In this document: positions 38,068-46,874 of the stretch, piece by piece
How positions within the stretch are numbered: the first letter of the stretch is position 1
Layout: every line of letters begins with the position of its first letter
DNA from: Pseudomonadales bacterium
Lineage (GTDB): Bacteria > Pseudomonadota > Gammaproteobacteria > Pseudomonadales > Azotimanducaceae
Direction of reading: 5' to 3'
NCBI GenBank assembly: GCA_041608775.1
Contig: JBFISC010000001.1
Coordinates: 1 to 51,149 of the forward strand
Length of the DNA stretch: 51,149 nucleotides
Notes under the pieces: model-generated
Told to the model about the DNA's origin: nothing
The model's input: the letters and a program-made list of their open reading frames with translations, nothing else
Databases searched by the model: none
Translations under genes and position numbers: made by a program

Positions 38068-39915
38068 TTAGAACCCGGCCACCGTCCAGGTCGCCAGCAG
38101 CTTGTCGCGGCGGGCGAGAATGCCGCGGATCTGGCGCTTTCCGAGCAGATCGCCCAGCGCGGCTTCGAGGGCCTGCTGGTCCAGGTTGCGCAGCCGCGAC
38201 GCGAGCGCTGCCGGCAGCTGCTGCGAGGTCTGTTCCGTGTAGGCCGGGAACCGGTCGCCACGGCCGAGGCTCCTCGCATGATCGATGCTGCCGAGCCGCA
38301 GGGTACGCCGGTCGTAGACGATGCTGGTCGACGAACGCCCCTCGTTGCCGATCAGGGCATCGAACGCATAGAGCAGGTCCAGCACGCTGCCTCGGGCACA
38401 CGGGTTCGTGACCCCCAGACCCGCCGCCACCCGGTCTGCTTCGGTCAGAGCGCCTGCCCAGAGCGCCGTCGCGACACCCTGGACGGAGCCCGCGCTGACC
38501 CGCGCCACCGGCGCGGCGAGGTTGAGCTGCAGCAGCCGATCAAGCCGTACCGCGGCCAGCGCCGCGTCCTGCTGACCGCGCGACAGCGCGTCGAGCTTGA
38601 CCATGACCGATCCGGACTCGCCGATCGCCATCGTCCGCCAGGGCGCATCGCTGCCGCCCGCAAACAGCGCCGATGCCTGATCCTGCAGCCGGGCGAGCAC
38701 GTCCGCCTCGTCGAGGGGAAACAACGGTCGATCGTCGTCGACCTGTGGTGCGGCCACCTCACCGTCGGCATACACCACCTTCACCTTGTCGTCTTCCAGG
38801 ACCACGGCGGACCCGCGTCCGTGGTAGTAGGGCTCGAGCATACCGGTGTCGGCCAGCAGCACCCGACCTCCCAGGCGCTCGTGAACCCGGCGATCCAGGG
38901 TCGGCGTGTGCCCGACCACCACGCGGGAACTACCCCAGGCGTCGAGCACCCGGGTGAGCGCGGGCTGATCGATGAGCGGATGGCAGCGCGCGTTGCCCCG
39001 ATACCAGAACGGTCCGTGGTTGCCGAACACCGGATCCCGCACCAGGTCGATGAACCGCTGCGCGGCCGGGCGCAGCTCGGCAGCGACTGGAGGCGCAGCC
39101 GGCTCCTCGAGGCCGTCACCCGGCTTGTCCGCACCCGCCTGCAGACCGCCGTCCGACTCAGGCGACGCTTCCTCGAGTCGCTCAGCCAGCGCTTCGGCAG
39201 CCTCCTGAACTTCGATGCCCGGCGGCAGCTCGCCTGCCTGCTCGAGCTCGTCGCGCAGCCCGAGCAGCTCCCGCAGCTGCTTCGGCACCGTGCGGTTCAA
39301 CGTATCGGGTCGCTGCGACTCGAGCAGCGACGACAGCCCCCCGTGCACGAATGCGGAGTCGTTGACCACTACCGCCACGGGCTGCGCCAGCAGCCAGGAG
39401 CCGTAAGGCCCGTCGGGCGCAAAAGCGGCCCGCAGACCGTCCAGCCCCTCACCGAGATCCGGATAGGACTGCCGCTCTTCGACCGAGACGTAGCGGAGAT
39501 CATCGGTCATGTTCATGAGCTCGTGATTGCCGAGCACCACGTGCACCCGTCCGCCCGACGATCGGGCCTCGTCCTGCAGACGCCGGAGCAGATCCATCAC
39601 TTTCCGCGAGTCCGGCCCCCGGTCCGTCAGATCGCCGAGACTGACGAGATGGGTATCCCCGCCGCGCCAGCGCAGCTCGCCGTCTATGACGCCCACGGTA
39701 ACCAGCAGCTCGACGAGACTGTCGTAGGCGCCGTGCACATCGCCGAACGCGACCACGCGGGAGGCCTGAAATCGGTCCGGGTCGGCCGCGGCCGCGACAG
39801 GCACGATTGCAGCCAGGGAAACCGCCAGCAGCGTCCTCAGAAGCTTCGCACCGGGCCGCCCGCGGCGGTCCGCAAGATCGAGCTCGAGCGCTGCCGTCAC
39901 GACGTCAGCCGACAC
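38068..39915 (-). CDS. Secreted calcineurin-like metallophosphoesterase fused to a C-terminal kinase-like domain
   Basis: GDVHG, GDLTDRG, GNHE, VHGG and GHTP are present. The signal-like segment is LLRTLLAVSLAAIVPVAAAA. The C-terminal roughly 215 aa contain FDALIGNEGRS...IDH. The start is uncertain; the GTG at 39915 overlaps the upstream gene by 11 nt. Confidence 0.75.
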   Translation of the reverse strand: MSADVVTAALELDLADRRGRPGAKLLRTLLAVSLAAIVPVAAAADPDRFQASRVVAFGDVHGAYDSLVELLVTVGVIDGELRWRGGDTHLVSLGDLTDRGPDSRKVMDLLRRLQDEARSSGGRVHVVLGNHELMNMTDDLRYVSVEERQSYPDLGEGLDGLRAAFAPDGPYGSWLLAQPVAVVVNDSAFVHGGLSSLLESQRPDTLNRTVPKQLRELLGLRDELEQAGELPPGIEVQEAAEALAERLEEASPESDGGLQAGADKPGDGLEEPAAPPVAAELRPAAQRFIDLVRDPVFGNHGPFWYRGNARCHPLIDQPALTRVLDAWGSSRVVVGHTPTLDRRVHERLGGRVLLADTGMLEPYYHGRGSAVVLEDDKVKVVYADGEVAAPQVDDDRPLFPLDEADVLARLQDQASALFAGGSDAPWRTMAIGESGSVMVKLDALSRGQQDAALAAVRLDRLLQLNLAAPVARVSAGSVQGVATALWAGALTEADRVAAGLGVTNPCARGSVLDLLYAFDALIGNEGRSSTSIVYDRRTLRLGSIDHARSLGRGDRFPAYTEQTSQQLPAALASRLRNLDQQALEAALGDLLGKRQIRGILARRDKLLATWTVAGF

Positions 39916-41458
39916 GCCGCTCGATGCCCTGCCAGAAGGGCTCGCGCAGGTCTTTCTTCAATACCTTGCCGCTGGCGTTGCGCGGAATCTGATCGATGAC
40001 CTCGATCCGCCTGGGTATCTTGAAACCGGCAAGGCGTTCACGGCAGAAATCGATGATCTCCTCCGCCGTCACTGAATGACCAGGCTTGAGCTGCAGAAAA
40101 GCCAGCACCTCCTCGCCCCAGCGCTCGCTGGGAACACCGATGACGGCGGCGTCCGCCACCGCCTCGTGCTCGAACAGCGCGCCCTCGACCTCGCTCGGAT
40201 AGACGTTCTCGCCGCCTGAGACCACCATGTCCTTGATGCGGTCCTGAATGTAGATGAAACCTTCGTCGTCCATGTAGGCCGCATCGCCCGTGTGCATCCA
40301 GCCGTCCACCAGCGAGCTGGCAGTGGCTTCCGGCAGGTTCCAGTAGCCCATCATGAGCTGGGGGCCGCGCACCGCGATCTCGCCGATAGTGCCCCGCGGC
40401 ACCTCGTGGCCCTGCTCGTCGATGATCCGCACCTGCGTCCCCATGGCCGCGCGTCCAGCGGAAAGCAGCAGCCCCGGTTCGCCGGCGAGCGCCCGCTTGT
40501 GCACATCGCGGCTCAGGTACGTGGCCATCGCCGTGGTCTCGGTCATGCCGAACCCCTGAACGAAGTCGCAGCCGAAGGTCTCCATCGCTTCCCGCAGCGT
40601 TTCCTGCGCAATGGGGCTCGCGCCGTAGAACAGCAGCTCCAGGCTGTCGTAGCGCCGCGCCTTCACGTCGGCTACCCCGGTGAGGCAGGCCTGGATCATG
40701 GCCGGCACGAGCGTCGCCAGGGTGATGCCGTCCTCGGAAAGCGATCTGACCACCGCCGCCGGCTCGAACTCCCGGTGCACGACGATCGTGCCGCCAAGCG
40801 CGGCCATGGTCATGAGGCAGATGCCGGCGGCGGCATGGTACATGGGCGCGACCACGAGACACCGTTCCCGCCCGGTCGCTTCCAGGGTGAAGGAGATCTG
40901 ACGGATGTTGCTGTCGATGGCGTGCTGGCTGAGCATCGCTCCTTTAGGCAGACCCGTGGTGCCGCTCGTGTACATCTGATAGAGCTGATCCCGCTCGCTC
41001 ACCACGGCGTCGGGATTCGCCTCGTCATCGCTCAGCCATTCGTCGTAGCGGATCCAGCCGTCGCCGCTACGGTCGCCGAGCGTGACCAGCCGGTCGGCCG
41101 TCAACGCCTCGCGCACGGTTTCGATGCCATCGACGAACTCGCTCTGGGCCATCAGCATGCGGCAGCCGGCATCGTTAGCGATGTACAACCATTCCCTCGG
41201 CGCGAGCCGGTAGTTCAGGGGCACCGGCACCACGCCGACCTTGGATGCGCCGAAGTACGTCAACGCGAAATCGACGCTGTTCTTGGACAGGTAGGCAAAC
41301 CGGTCGCCTCTGCTCAGCCCGGATTCGATGAGCGCATGGGCGATCCGATTGGCCCGCCGGTTGGCTTCGCCATAGCAGGTCGCAACGCCGTCGAATTCGG
41401 CGAATGTCTTCGCCGGCGTGTCCCGGGCGTGGAACTCAAGATAGTCGTGCAGCAGCAT
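39905..41458 (-). CDS. Acyl-CoA synthetase (AMP-forming, ANL superfamily)
   Basis: The AMP-binding motif YTSGTTGLPKGAM is present, together with GEIAVRG, DRIKDMVVSGGENVYP and a C-terminal GKVLKKDLR. Confidence 0.9.
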   Translation of the reverse strand: MLLHDYLEFHARDTPAKTFAEFDGVATCYGEANRRANRIAHALIESGLSRGDRFAYLSKNSVDFALTYFGASKVGVVPVPLNYRLAPREWLYIANDAGCRMLMAQSEFVDGIETVREALTADRLVTLGDRSGDGWIRYDEWLSDDEANPDAVVSERDQLYQMYTSGTTGLPKGAMLSQHAIDSNIRQISFTLEATGRERCLVVAPMYHAAAGICLMTMAALGGTIVVHREFEPAAVVRSLSEDGITLATLVPAMIQACLTGVADVKARRYDSLELLFYGASPIAQETLREAMETFGCDFVQGFGMTETTAMATYLSRDVHKRALAGEPGLLLSAGRAAMGTQVRIIDEQGHEVPRGTIGEIAVRGPQLMMGYWNLPEATASSLVDGWMHTGDAAYMDDEGFIYIQDRIKDMVVSGGENVYPSEVEGALFEHEAVADAAVIGVPSERWGEEVLAFLQLKPGHSVTAEEIIDFCRERLAGFKIPRRIEVIDQIPRNASGKVLKKDLREPFWQGIERRVG

Positions 41459-41502
41459 GGTCTCCCCGCTTCAGCCCTCACCCCTAAGCAATGTGGCGGG
41501 CC

Positions 41503-41973
41503 TCAGCCGGGATTGCAACCACGCGCCTCGCGGAGCTCGCCGACGTACCTCTCGATGCCCCGCAGCACCAGCGCATAGCGGCTTCTGAGCACCGCCTTGT
41601 GGTACAGACCGATGGGGTATCCCAAAGCGCCGAGCGGGCTTCTGAAGGTGACCCGATATCCGAGCCGGCAGCTGCGGTCGTCTTCGGGATCGACGGCGAT
41701 CTCGACCAGATGGTGGCGCACCAGCTGACTGCTCTCGACGACCTCGATCACCATGCCGCGGCCGGGACGGTAGTCCACGATCCGCTGGCGCAGCACCGAA
41801 CCGTCGTAGAGATCGACGACCCGCTCGGCGCCCTCGCCCATGGGCACGCCGTTGGTGATGGCACAGCGCTCGATGAACGGGTTGAAGTTGTGGTGAGACC
41901 CGAAATCGTCGATGACTTCCCAGACGTCGGGACCGGGCACCAGCAAGCGCTTTTCGACTTCGACAGTTAACAT
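41503..41973 (-). CDS. SRPBCC (START/polyketide cyclase-like) superfamily protein
   Basis: It is 156 aa. The N-terminal pattern VEKRLLVPGPDVWEVIDDFGSHHNF is typical of SRPBCC ligand-binding proteins. It is the first gene of a same-strand series. Confidence 0.6.
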   Translation of the reverse strand: MLTVEVEKRLLVPGPDVWEVIDDFGSHHNFNPFIERCAITNGVPMGEGAERVVDLYDGSVLRQRIVDYRPGRGMVIEVVESSQLVRHHLVEIAVDPEDDRSCRLGYRVTFRSPLGALGYPIGLYHKAVLRSRYALVLRGIERYVGELREARGCNPG

Positions 41974-42084
41974 GACTTCCCACCCCCCGGAAAGCCCATA
42001 GAGTCAACTATATGACTGCGCCCGAGTAAACCGGTTCACCAAATCCAGCCTGCCACCGCCGCGCGGCCGGACAGCTGGTCGGCG

Positions 42085-43170
42085 TTACGTCCCCCGCGCG
42101 GCCAGGCGGTGGGCGAAGTGAGCGATGGAATGAACGGTCTCGTCAAAGACCTCCGGGACGACATCCGCAAACGAGCCGTCCCCCGCATGGGGCGTCCCGA
42201 GAACGGTGCGCCCAACCGCGGACACCCCTGCAGCGAGCAGCTTGCGATAGTAGGTCAGGCCTTCGTCCCTCAGCGGGTCCAGCTCGTTCACCGAGATGAC
42301 GTGGGGCGGCAGCCCGCGCAGCGCCTCGACGGAGGCCTGCATCGGCCACGCCAGCGGGTTGTCCGCCTGCGCGCCCGGCGGATCGTAGACCCTCGCCAGC
42401 GCGCTCATCATCGGCCCGTCGAGCAGGTAGCCGTCGTTTTCCCGTAGTGAAGGCAGGGAGTCGGGCGGATCGGAATACGCCCCGGAGATGTACGGGCACA
42501 TCGCGTAGACGCCGTCGATCCGGTTGGCCCAACCTTCCCGCTCGGCTTTCAGCGCCGTGGCAAGAGAGAGGTTGCCTCCACCCGACTCTCCGGATACGAC
42601 GATGGAGCCGATGCCGAGCTGCCCCCGGTTGTCGTGCACCCAGCGGACGGCGCTGGCGCAGTCATTCAGGCCCGCAGGAAACGGGTGAGCACCCAGGCGC
42701 CCGCCGCCGTTGCGGAACTCGACGCCCACCACGACCAGACCTGCCGCGCTCATGCTGCTGCGCCAGCGCACGAAACCCGGATCCTGCGCGCTCATGAGCA
42801 CCATCCCACCGCCATGGAGATGGACGATGCAGGGCAACGGCCCGCTCCGGGCCGCGGGCTGGTGTATGTGCAGCACGATGTCGTTACCGTCGACGCCGGC
42901 AATCACCTCGGTGCCATGGGACACGCTGGCGAAGTCCGGCATCAGCGCCCACATCTGCTCGTGCTGAGCGGCATTCGCCTCTTCGAACGCCGTGCAGTAG
43001 GACAGGCAGGCATCGTAGTCGGCCCCGGTGCCCGGCGGCTCCACACCGGGCGCCAGCTCTCCGGCGATCGCCAGTGCCGACGCGATGCGCGGATCGAGCC
43101 GCGGGTCCTGCTCCAGCGTCATGCCGGCATCGCCGAGCCTGCCGGGGCGAATGCAATCAACGTCGCGCAT
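42085..43170 (-). CDS. Alpha/beta hydrolase, hormone-sensitive-lipase-like esterase
   Basis: The oxyanion motif HGGG (VHLHGGGMV) and the nucleophile elbow GESGGGN are present. The start is ATG at 43170 or 43122. The track extension to 43431 is unlikely. Confidence 0.8.
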   Translation of the reverse strand: MRDVDCIRPGRLGDAGMTLEQDPRLDPRIASALAIAGELAPGVEPPGTGADYDACLSYCTAFEEANAAQHEQMWALMPDFASVSHGTEVIAGVDGNDIVLHIHQPAARSGPLPCIVHLHGGGMVLMSAQDPGFVRWRSSMSAAGLVVVGVEFRNGGGRLGAHPFPAGLNDCASAVRWVHDNRGQLGIGSIVVSGESGGGNLSLATALKAEREGWANRIDGVYAMCPYISGAYSDPPDSLPSLRENDGYLLDGPMMSALARVYDPPGAQADNPLAWPMQASVEALRGLPPHVISVNELDPLRDEGLTYYRKLLAAGVSAVGRTVLGTPHAGDGSFADVVPEVFDETVHSIAHFAHRLAARGT

Positions 43171-43364
43171 TATCCGATCCTCGCTGCTGTCGCCGGCATC
43201 GTAACGCACAACGACTTCACGCTCCCCCGGTGCTCCGGCTTCCAGCAGAACAGTGGTAGGCTGGCGCCAGCACACGATCAGGAACTGCCATGAGCGGAAC
43301 CCGCGGCAATCCAAGCGACGCGCCGGCCGGAGCCGCGCTGCCGCAGCCGCAGCCGGGCGCGAAG

Positions 43365-44066
43365 ATGATGTTCCTGATCCGGCGCCGACCCGGAGCCTCC
43401 CGTGAGGAGCTGATCGCCCACTGGTTCGCAAACCACATGCCCGGCGTCATCGAGGCTCAATCCCGCGCCGCGGCCGCCGGCCGCGCCCACGCCTGGCGCT
43501 ACATCGCGACGCTGTTCGATGCGGCCAGGCAAGATCCGCCGGTCTGGGACGGCGTCGCCCAGCTCTGGTTCGATCAGCCACTGCCCCGGCCCCGCGCTCC
43601 GTTCGGCGACCCGCCGAGGGACTCCTTTCAGGAGAAGGCAGAACCGTATGTTCCCTGGGCGACGGCGGAGTACGTGATCGTGGATGGCAGCGACCGCCTG
43701 CCGGTGGCGCCGCTGACCCTCAACGACCCGTTCCCGAGCACGCGCTCGGGTTTCTTCAAAGTCGTCTATCTGGTCGCCGCGCTGCCCGGCACCGATTTCG
43801 TCGCGTTCGCTCGCCACTGGTTGACCGTCCACACGGAGAATGTCCGCGCCACGCTGCTGGACGCCGGCGGCTTCCGCTACCTGGTGAGCATGAGCCTGGA
43901 CCCCGCGAACGAGCCGTACGCGGGCATGGCCGAGCTCTATTTCCCCGACGCCACCGCCTGGGAACGCTATCGGCAACAGCTGCGCGCCGATGGCATGGAA
44001 CGCTGGGTGGACCCGGATGCCACCCAGCTGCTGACTGCCGGTACCGAAATGATCGGAATTCCATGA
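43365..44066 (+). CDS. Tandem EthD-domain protein
   Basis: There are two EthD-like halves (MMFLIRRRPGASREELIAHWFANH... and FKVVYLVAALPGTDFVAFARHWLTVH...). The start is set at the ATG at 43365; the track ORF starts at 43290. Confidence 0.6.
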   Translation: MMFLIRRRPGASREELIAHWFANHMPGVIEAQSRAAAAGRAHAWRYIATLFDAARQDPPVWDGVAQLWFDQPLPRPRAPFGDPPRDSFQEKAEPYVPWATAEYVIVDGSDRLPVAPLTLNDPFPSTRSGFFKVVYLVAALPGTDFVAFARHWLTVHTENVRATLLDAGGFRYLVSMSLDPANEPYAGMAELYFPDATAWERYRQQLRADGMERWVDPDATQLLTAGTEMIGIP

Positions 44067-44102
44067 GCGCCGGTATCAGGGTCCCGCCAGCGGAGACCCG
44101 CG

Positions 44103-45632
44103 TTGGCTGAACGCAAGGTCAGTGGCGTTACCTATCGTGACGCCGAGCAGGGCTACTTCGAGAAGCGGGGTCTGCGGCGTTATGCGGGCGTCTGGTCGCT
44201 GTGGGCGCTCGGGGTGGGCGCCGTCATCTCCGGCGATTTCTCCGGCTGGAACCTGGGCGTCGGACAGGGCGGCTTCGGCGGCTTTCTGATCGCCGTCGCG
44301 ATCGTCACGGTGATGTATGTCGGCCTGTGCTGCTCCATCGCCGAGATGTCACCCGCGCTGCCTCATACCGGCGGCGCCTACTCCTTCGGCCGCTCGGCCA
44401 TGGGTCCCTGGGGCGGCTTCGTCACCGGGCTCGCCGAGAACATGGAGTACGTGATCACCACCGCCGTGGTCTGCTACTTCGCCGCCGCCTACCTTCAGAA
44501 CATCTTCGCCACGCCGGACTCGGCGCAGCCGGCGTGGTGGCTCGCGCTGTACCTGGTATTCGTCGGCCTCAACGTCTTCGGCGTCGAGGAGTCGCTTCGA
44601 TTCGTGGTGTTCATCACCCTGCTGGCACTGGCGATTCTGCTCGTTTTCTACGTCTCTGCGATCCCGCAGTTCGAATGGGCCAAGCTCTGGAACATCCCCG
44701 CGGACCCCGGGCAGAGCACGTTCCTGCCGAAAGGCTGGCTCGGCGTCGGCGCGGCCCTGCCGTTCGCGATCTGGCTCTATCTGGCGATCGAGCAGCTGCC
44801 GCTCGCCGCCGAGGAATCCCACGACCCGAAGCGCGACATGCCGCGAGGGCTGCTGTGGGGCCTGCTGACGCTGATCCTTACCGGCGTGCTCGTCACCTTT
44901 CTGAACATGGGCATCGGCGGCGGCGCCGCCTACTTCGGCAACGACACGGAAGAGCCGCTGCTCGACGGTTTCAAGCTCACGATCGGCGTCAGCAACGCCA
45001 AGGTTCTGGGGCTGGTGGCCGTCGCCGGGCTGATTGCCAGCTTTCACGCCATCATCTACGCCTACGGGCGCAACATCTACTCGCTGTCCCGGGCCGGATA
45101 CTTTCCCCGCTGGATGTCGGTCACCCACGGCCAGCGCAAGACGCCGTGGGTCGCACTGGTGGTGGGTGCCGCCGCGGGCTACGGCGTGCTGCTGCTGCTG
45201 CACGCCGTCGACCCGACCGGTTCCGGTGCCTTCGGCGGGGTGATCCTCAACATGGCCGTGTTCGGCGCGGTGATCGCCTACGCCATGCAGATGGCCGCGT
45301 TCCTCATTCTTCGACGGCGGTTTCCGCACATCCAGCGGCCCTACCGTTCGCCGCTCGGCAGCGCCGGCGCCTGGACGGCGCTGGTCATCTCGCTGGTGAC
45401 CCTGGTGCTGCTGTTTGCCAACCCGGACTTCCGCCCCGGCGTCACCGGGGTCGCGATCTGGTTCGTGGCCGGCCTGGTCTACTTCGGCCTGATCGGCCGC
45501 CACCGGCTGGTGCTCTCCCCGGAGGAAGCGTTCGCCCTGACCGGCGGCGCCCACGGCCTGCCCCAGATCGAGGGCGTGGGTCATACCCGGGTGGCCGACA
45601 CGACGTCAGAGGAGAGCCGGACGCCAGGCTGA
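44103..45632 (+). CDS. APC-superfamily amino acid/amine permease, ethanolamine-permease-like
   Basis: It is a 509-aa polytopic protein. WSLWALGVGAVISGDFSGWN and AEMSPALPHTGGAYSF resemble ethanolamine permeases. It has a TTG start. Confidence 0.8.
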   Translation: MAERKVSGVTYRDAEQGYFEKRGLRRYAGVWSLWALGVGAVISGDFSGWNLGVGQGGFGGFLIAVAIVTVMYVGLCCSIAEMSPALPHTGGAYSFGRSAMGPWGGFVTGLAENMEYVITTAVVCYFAAAYLQNIFATPDSAQPAWWLALYLVFVGLNVFGVEESLRFVVFITLLALAILLVFYVSAIPQFEWAKLWNIPADPGQSTFLPKGWLGVGAALPFAIWLYLAIEQLPLAAEESHDPKRDMPRGLLWGLLTLILTGVLVTFLNMGIGGGAAYFGNDTEEPLLDGFKLTIGVSNAKVLGLVAVAGLIASFHAIIYAYGRNIYSLSRAGYFPRWMSVTHGQRKTPWVALVVGAAAGYGVLLLLHAVDPTGSGAFGGVILNMAVFGAVIAYAMQMAAFLILRRRFPHIQRPYRSPLGSAGAWTALVISLVTLVLLFANPDFRPGVTGVAIWFVAGLVYFGLIGRHRLVLSPEEAFALTGGAHGLPQIEGVGHTRVADTTSEESRTPG

Positions 45633-45656
45633 CCGAACGCGCGTCCTTCAGCCGGC

Positions 45657-46874
45657 TCAGATCGCGCCCGCGTCCCGCAGCGCCTGGATCTCCGCATCGC
45701 CGTAGCCGAGCGCGCGCAACACCTCGTCGGTATGCTCGCCGAGCTCCGGTGCCCGTTTCGGACCGACCTGCCGGACCTTGCTGACCCGCACCGGGTGATT
45801 GAGCACCAGCGGCACGTCCATCTCCGGGTCTGCCGGGGGCACCGCCATGGCGTTCATGATGATCTGCGGATCATCGAGAACCTCCTCGAGCCGCTGCACC
45901 CGGTTGACCGCCACCCGGGCTTCGCGAAACCGCGCCAGCCAGACGTCCGAGGGTTGCGACGCCAGGGCATCGGCGATGAGATCAGACAGCGCGCCCCGGT
46001 TCTCGAGGCGAAGTTCCTGCGAGGCGAAGCGCGCGTCGGCCAGGGCATCCTCGAGTCCGAGCGTGATCATCAGGTGCGAGAACTCCGCATCCCCGCGGAC
46101 CATGGTGAGCTGCAGGTAGCGACCGTCGGCGGTCTCGTAGATGCGATTCATCACCGGTGGCACGGCGTTGCGCTCGCGATAGCCGGCCAGGTCGCCGCCG
46201 GCCAATCCTCCCTGGGCAATGCTCGCTGCCGACCACAGCCCGTTGGCGAGCAGCGATGTTTCCACCAGCGACCCCTCCCCGGTCCGCTCCCGGTGCAGCA
46301 GCGCGGTGACGATGCCCGCGTACAGCGCGACCGCGGTGGGATGATCGCCCATCCCCGGCAGGGCCTGCGCCGGCGGCGCGCCCGGTGACCGCACCAGATC
46401 CATCAGCCCGCTGCGAGCCCAGTAGGCGACCAGATCGAAGCCTTTGCCGTCACGGTCCGGCCCGGCTTCACCGTAGGCGGTCAGCGAGGCGTAGATGATC
46501 GCAGGATTCAGCTGCTCCACATCGTCGTACTCGAGCTTCAGGCTGCGGCGCACCGGAAACGGCTGGTTGGTGATGAACACGTCGGCGTCGGCGATCAGCC
46601 GGTGCAGCACTTCCATCCCCTGCGCCGTCTTCAGGTTCAGCGTGATACTGCGCTTGTTGCGGGCATCCATCTGCCAGAAGTAGTTGTTCGGCGCGTCCGG
46701 CGTGGTGGGAATGCTGGAGAGCACTCGCAGCAGGTCGCCCTGCCCGGGCTGCTCCACCTTGATCACGTCCGCCCCGAAGTCCGCCAGCATGGTTGCCGCC
46801 ACCGGCCCGGCGATCACCGTGGCGATATCCAGCACCTTCAAGCCATCGAAGAGGTGTTCATCCATAGCCGTCAC
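45657..46874 (-). CDS. Class III (CaiB/BaiF-family) CoA-transferase
   Basis: LKVLDIATVIAGPVAATMLADFGADVIKVE is present and the size of about 400 aa fits. The GTG at 46874 immediately follows the upstream stop; an alternative ATG lies at 46865. Confidence 0.85.
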   Translation of the reverse strand: MTAMDEHLFDGLKVLDIATVIAGPVAATMLADFGADVIKVEQPGQGDLLRVLSSIPTTPDAPNNYFWQMDARNKRSITLNLKTAQGMEVLHRLIADADVFITNQPFPVRRSLKLEYDDVEQLNPAIIYASLTAYGEAGPDRDGKGFDLVAYWARSGLMDLVRSPGAPPAQALPGMGDHPTAVALYAGIVTALLHRERTGEGSLVETSLLANGLWSAASIAQGGLAGGDLAGYRERNAVPPVMNRIYETADGRYLQLTMVRGDAEFSHLMITLGLEDALADARFASQELRLENRGALSDLIADALASQPSDVWLARFREARVAVNRVQRLEEVLDDPQIIMNAMAVPPADPEMDVPLVLNHPVRVSKVRQVGPKRAPELGEHTDEVLRALGYGDAEIQALRDAGAI

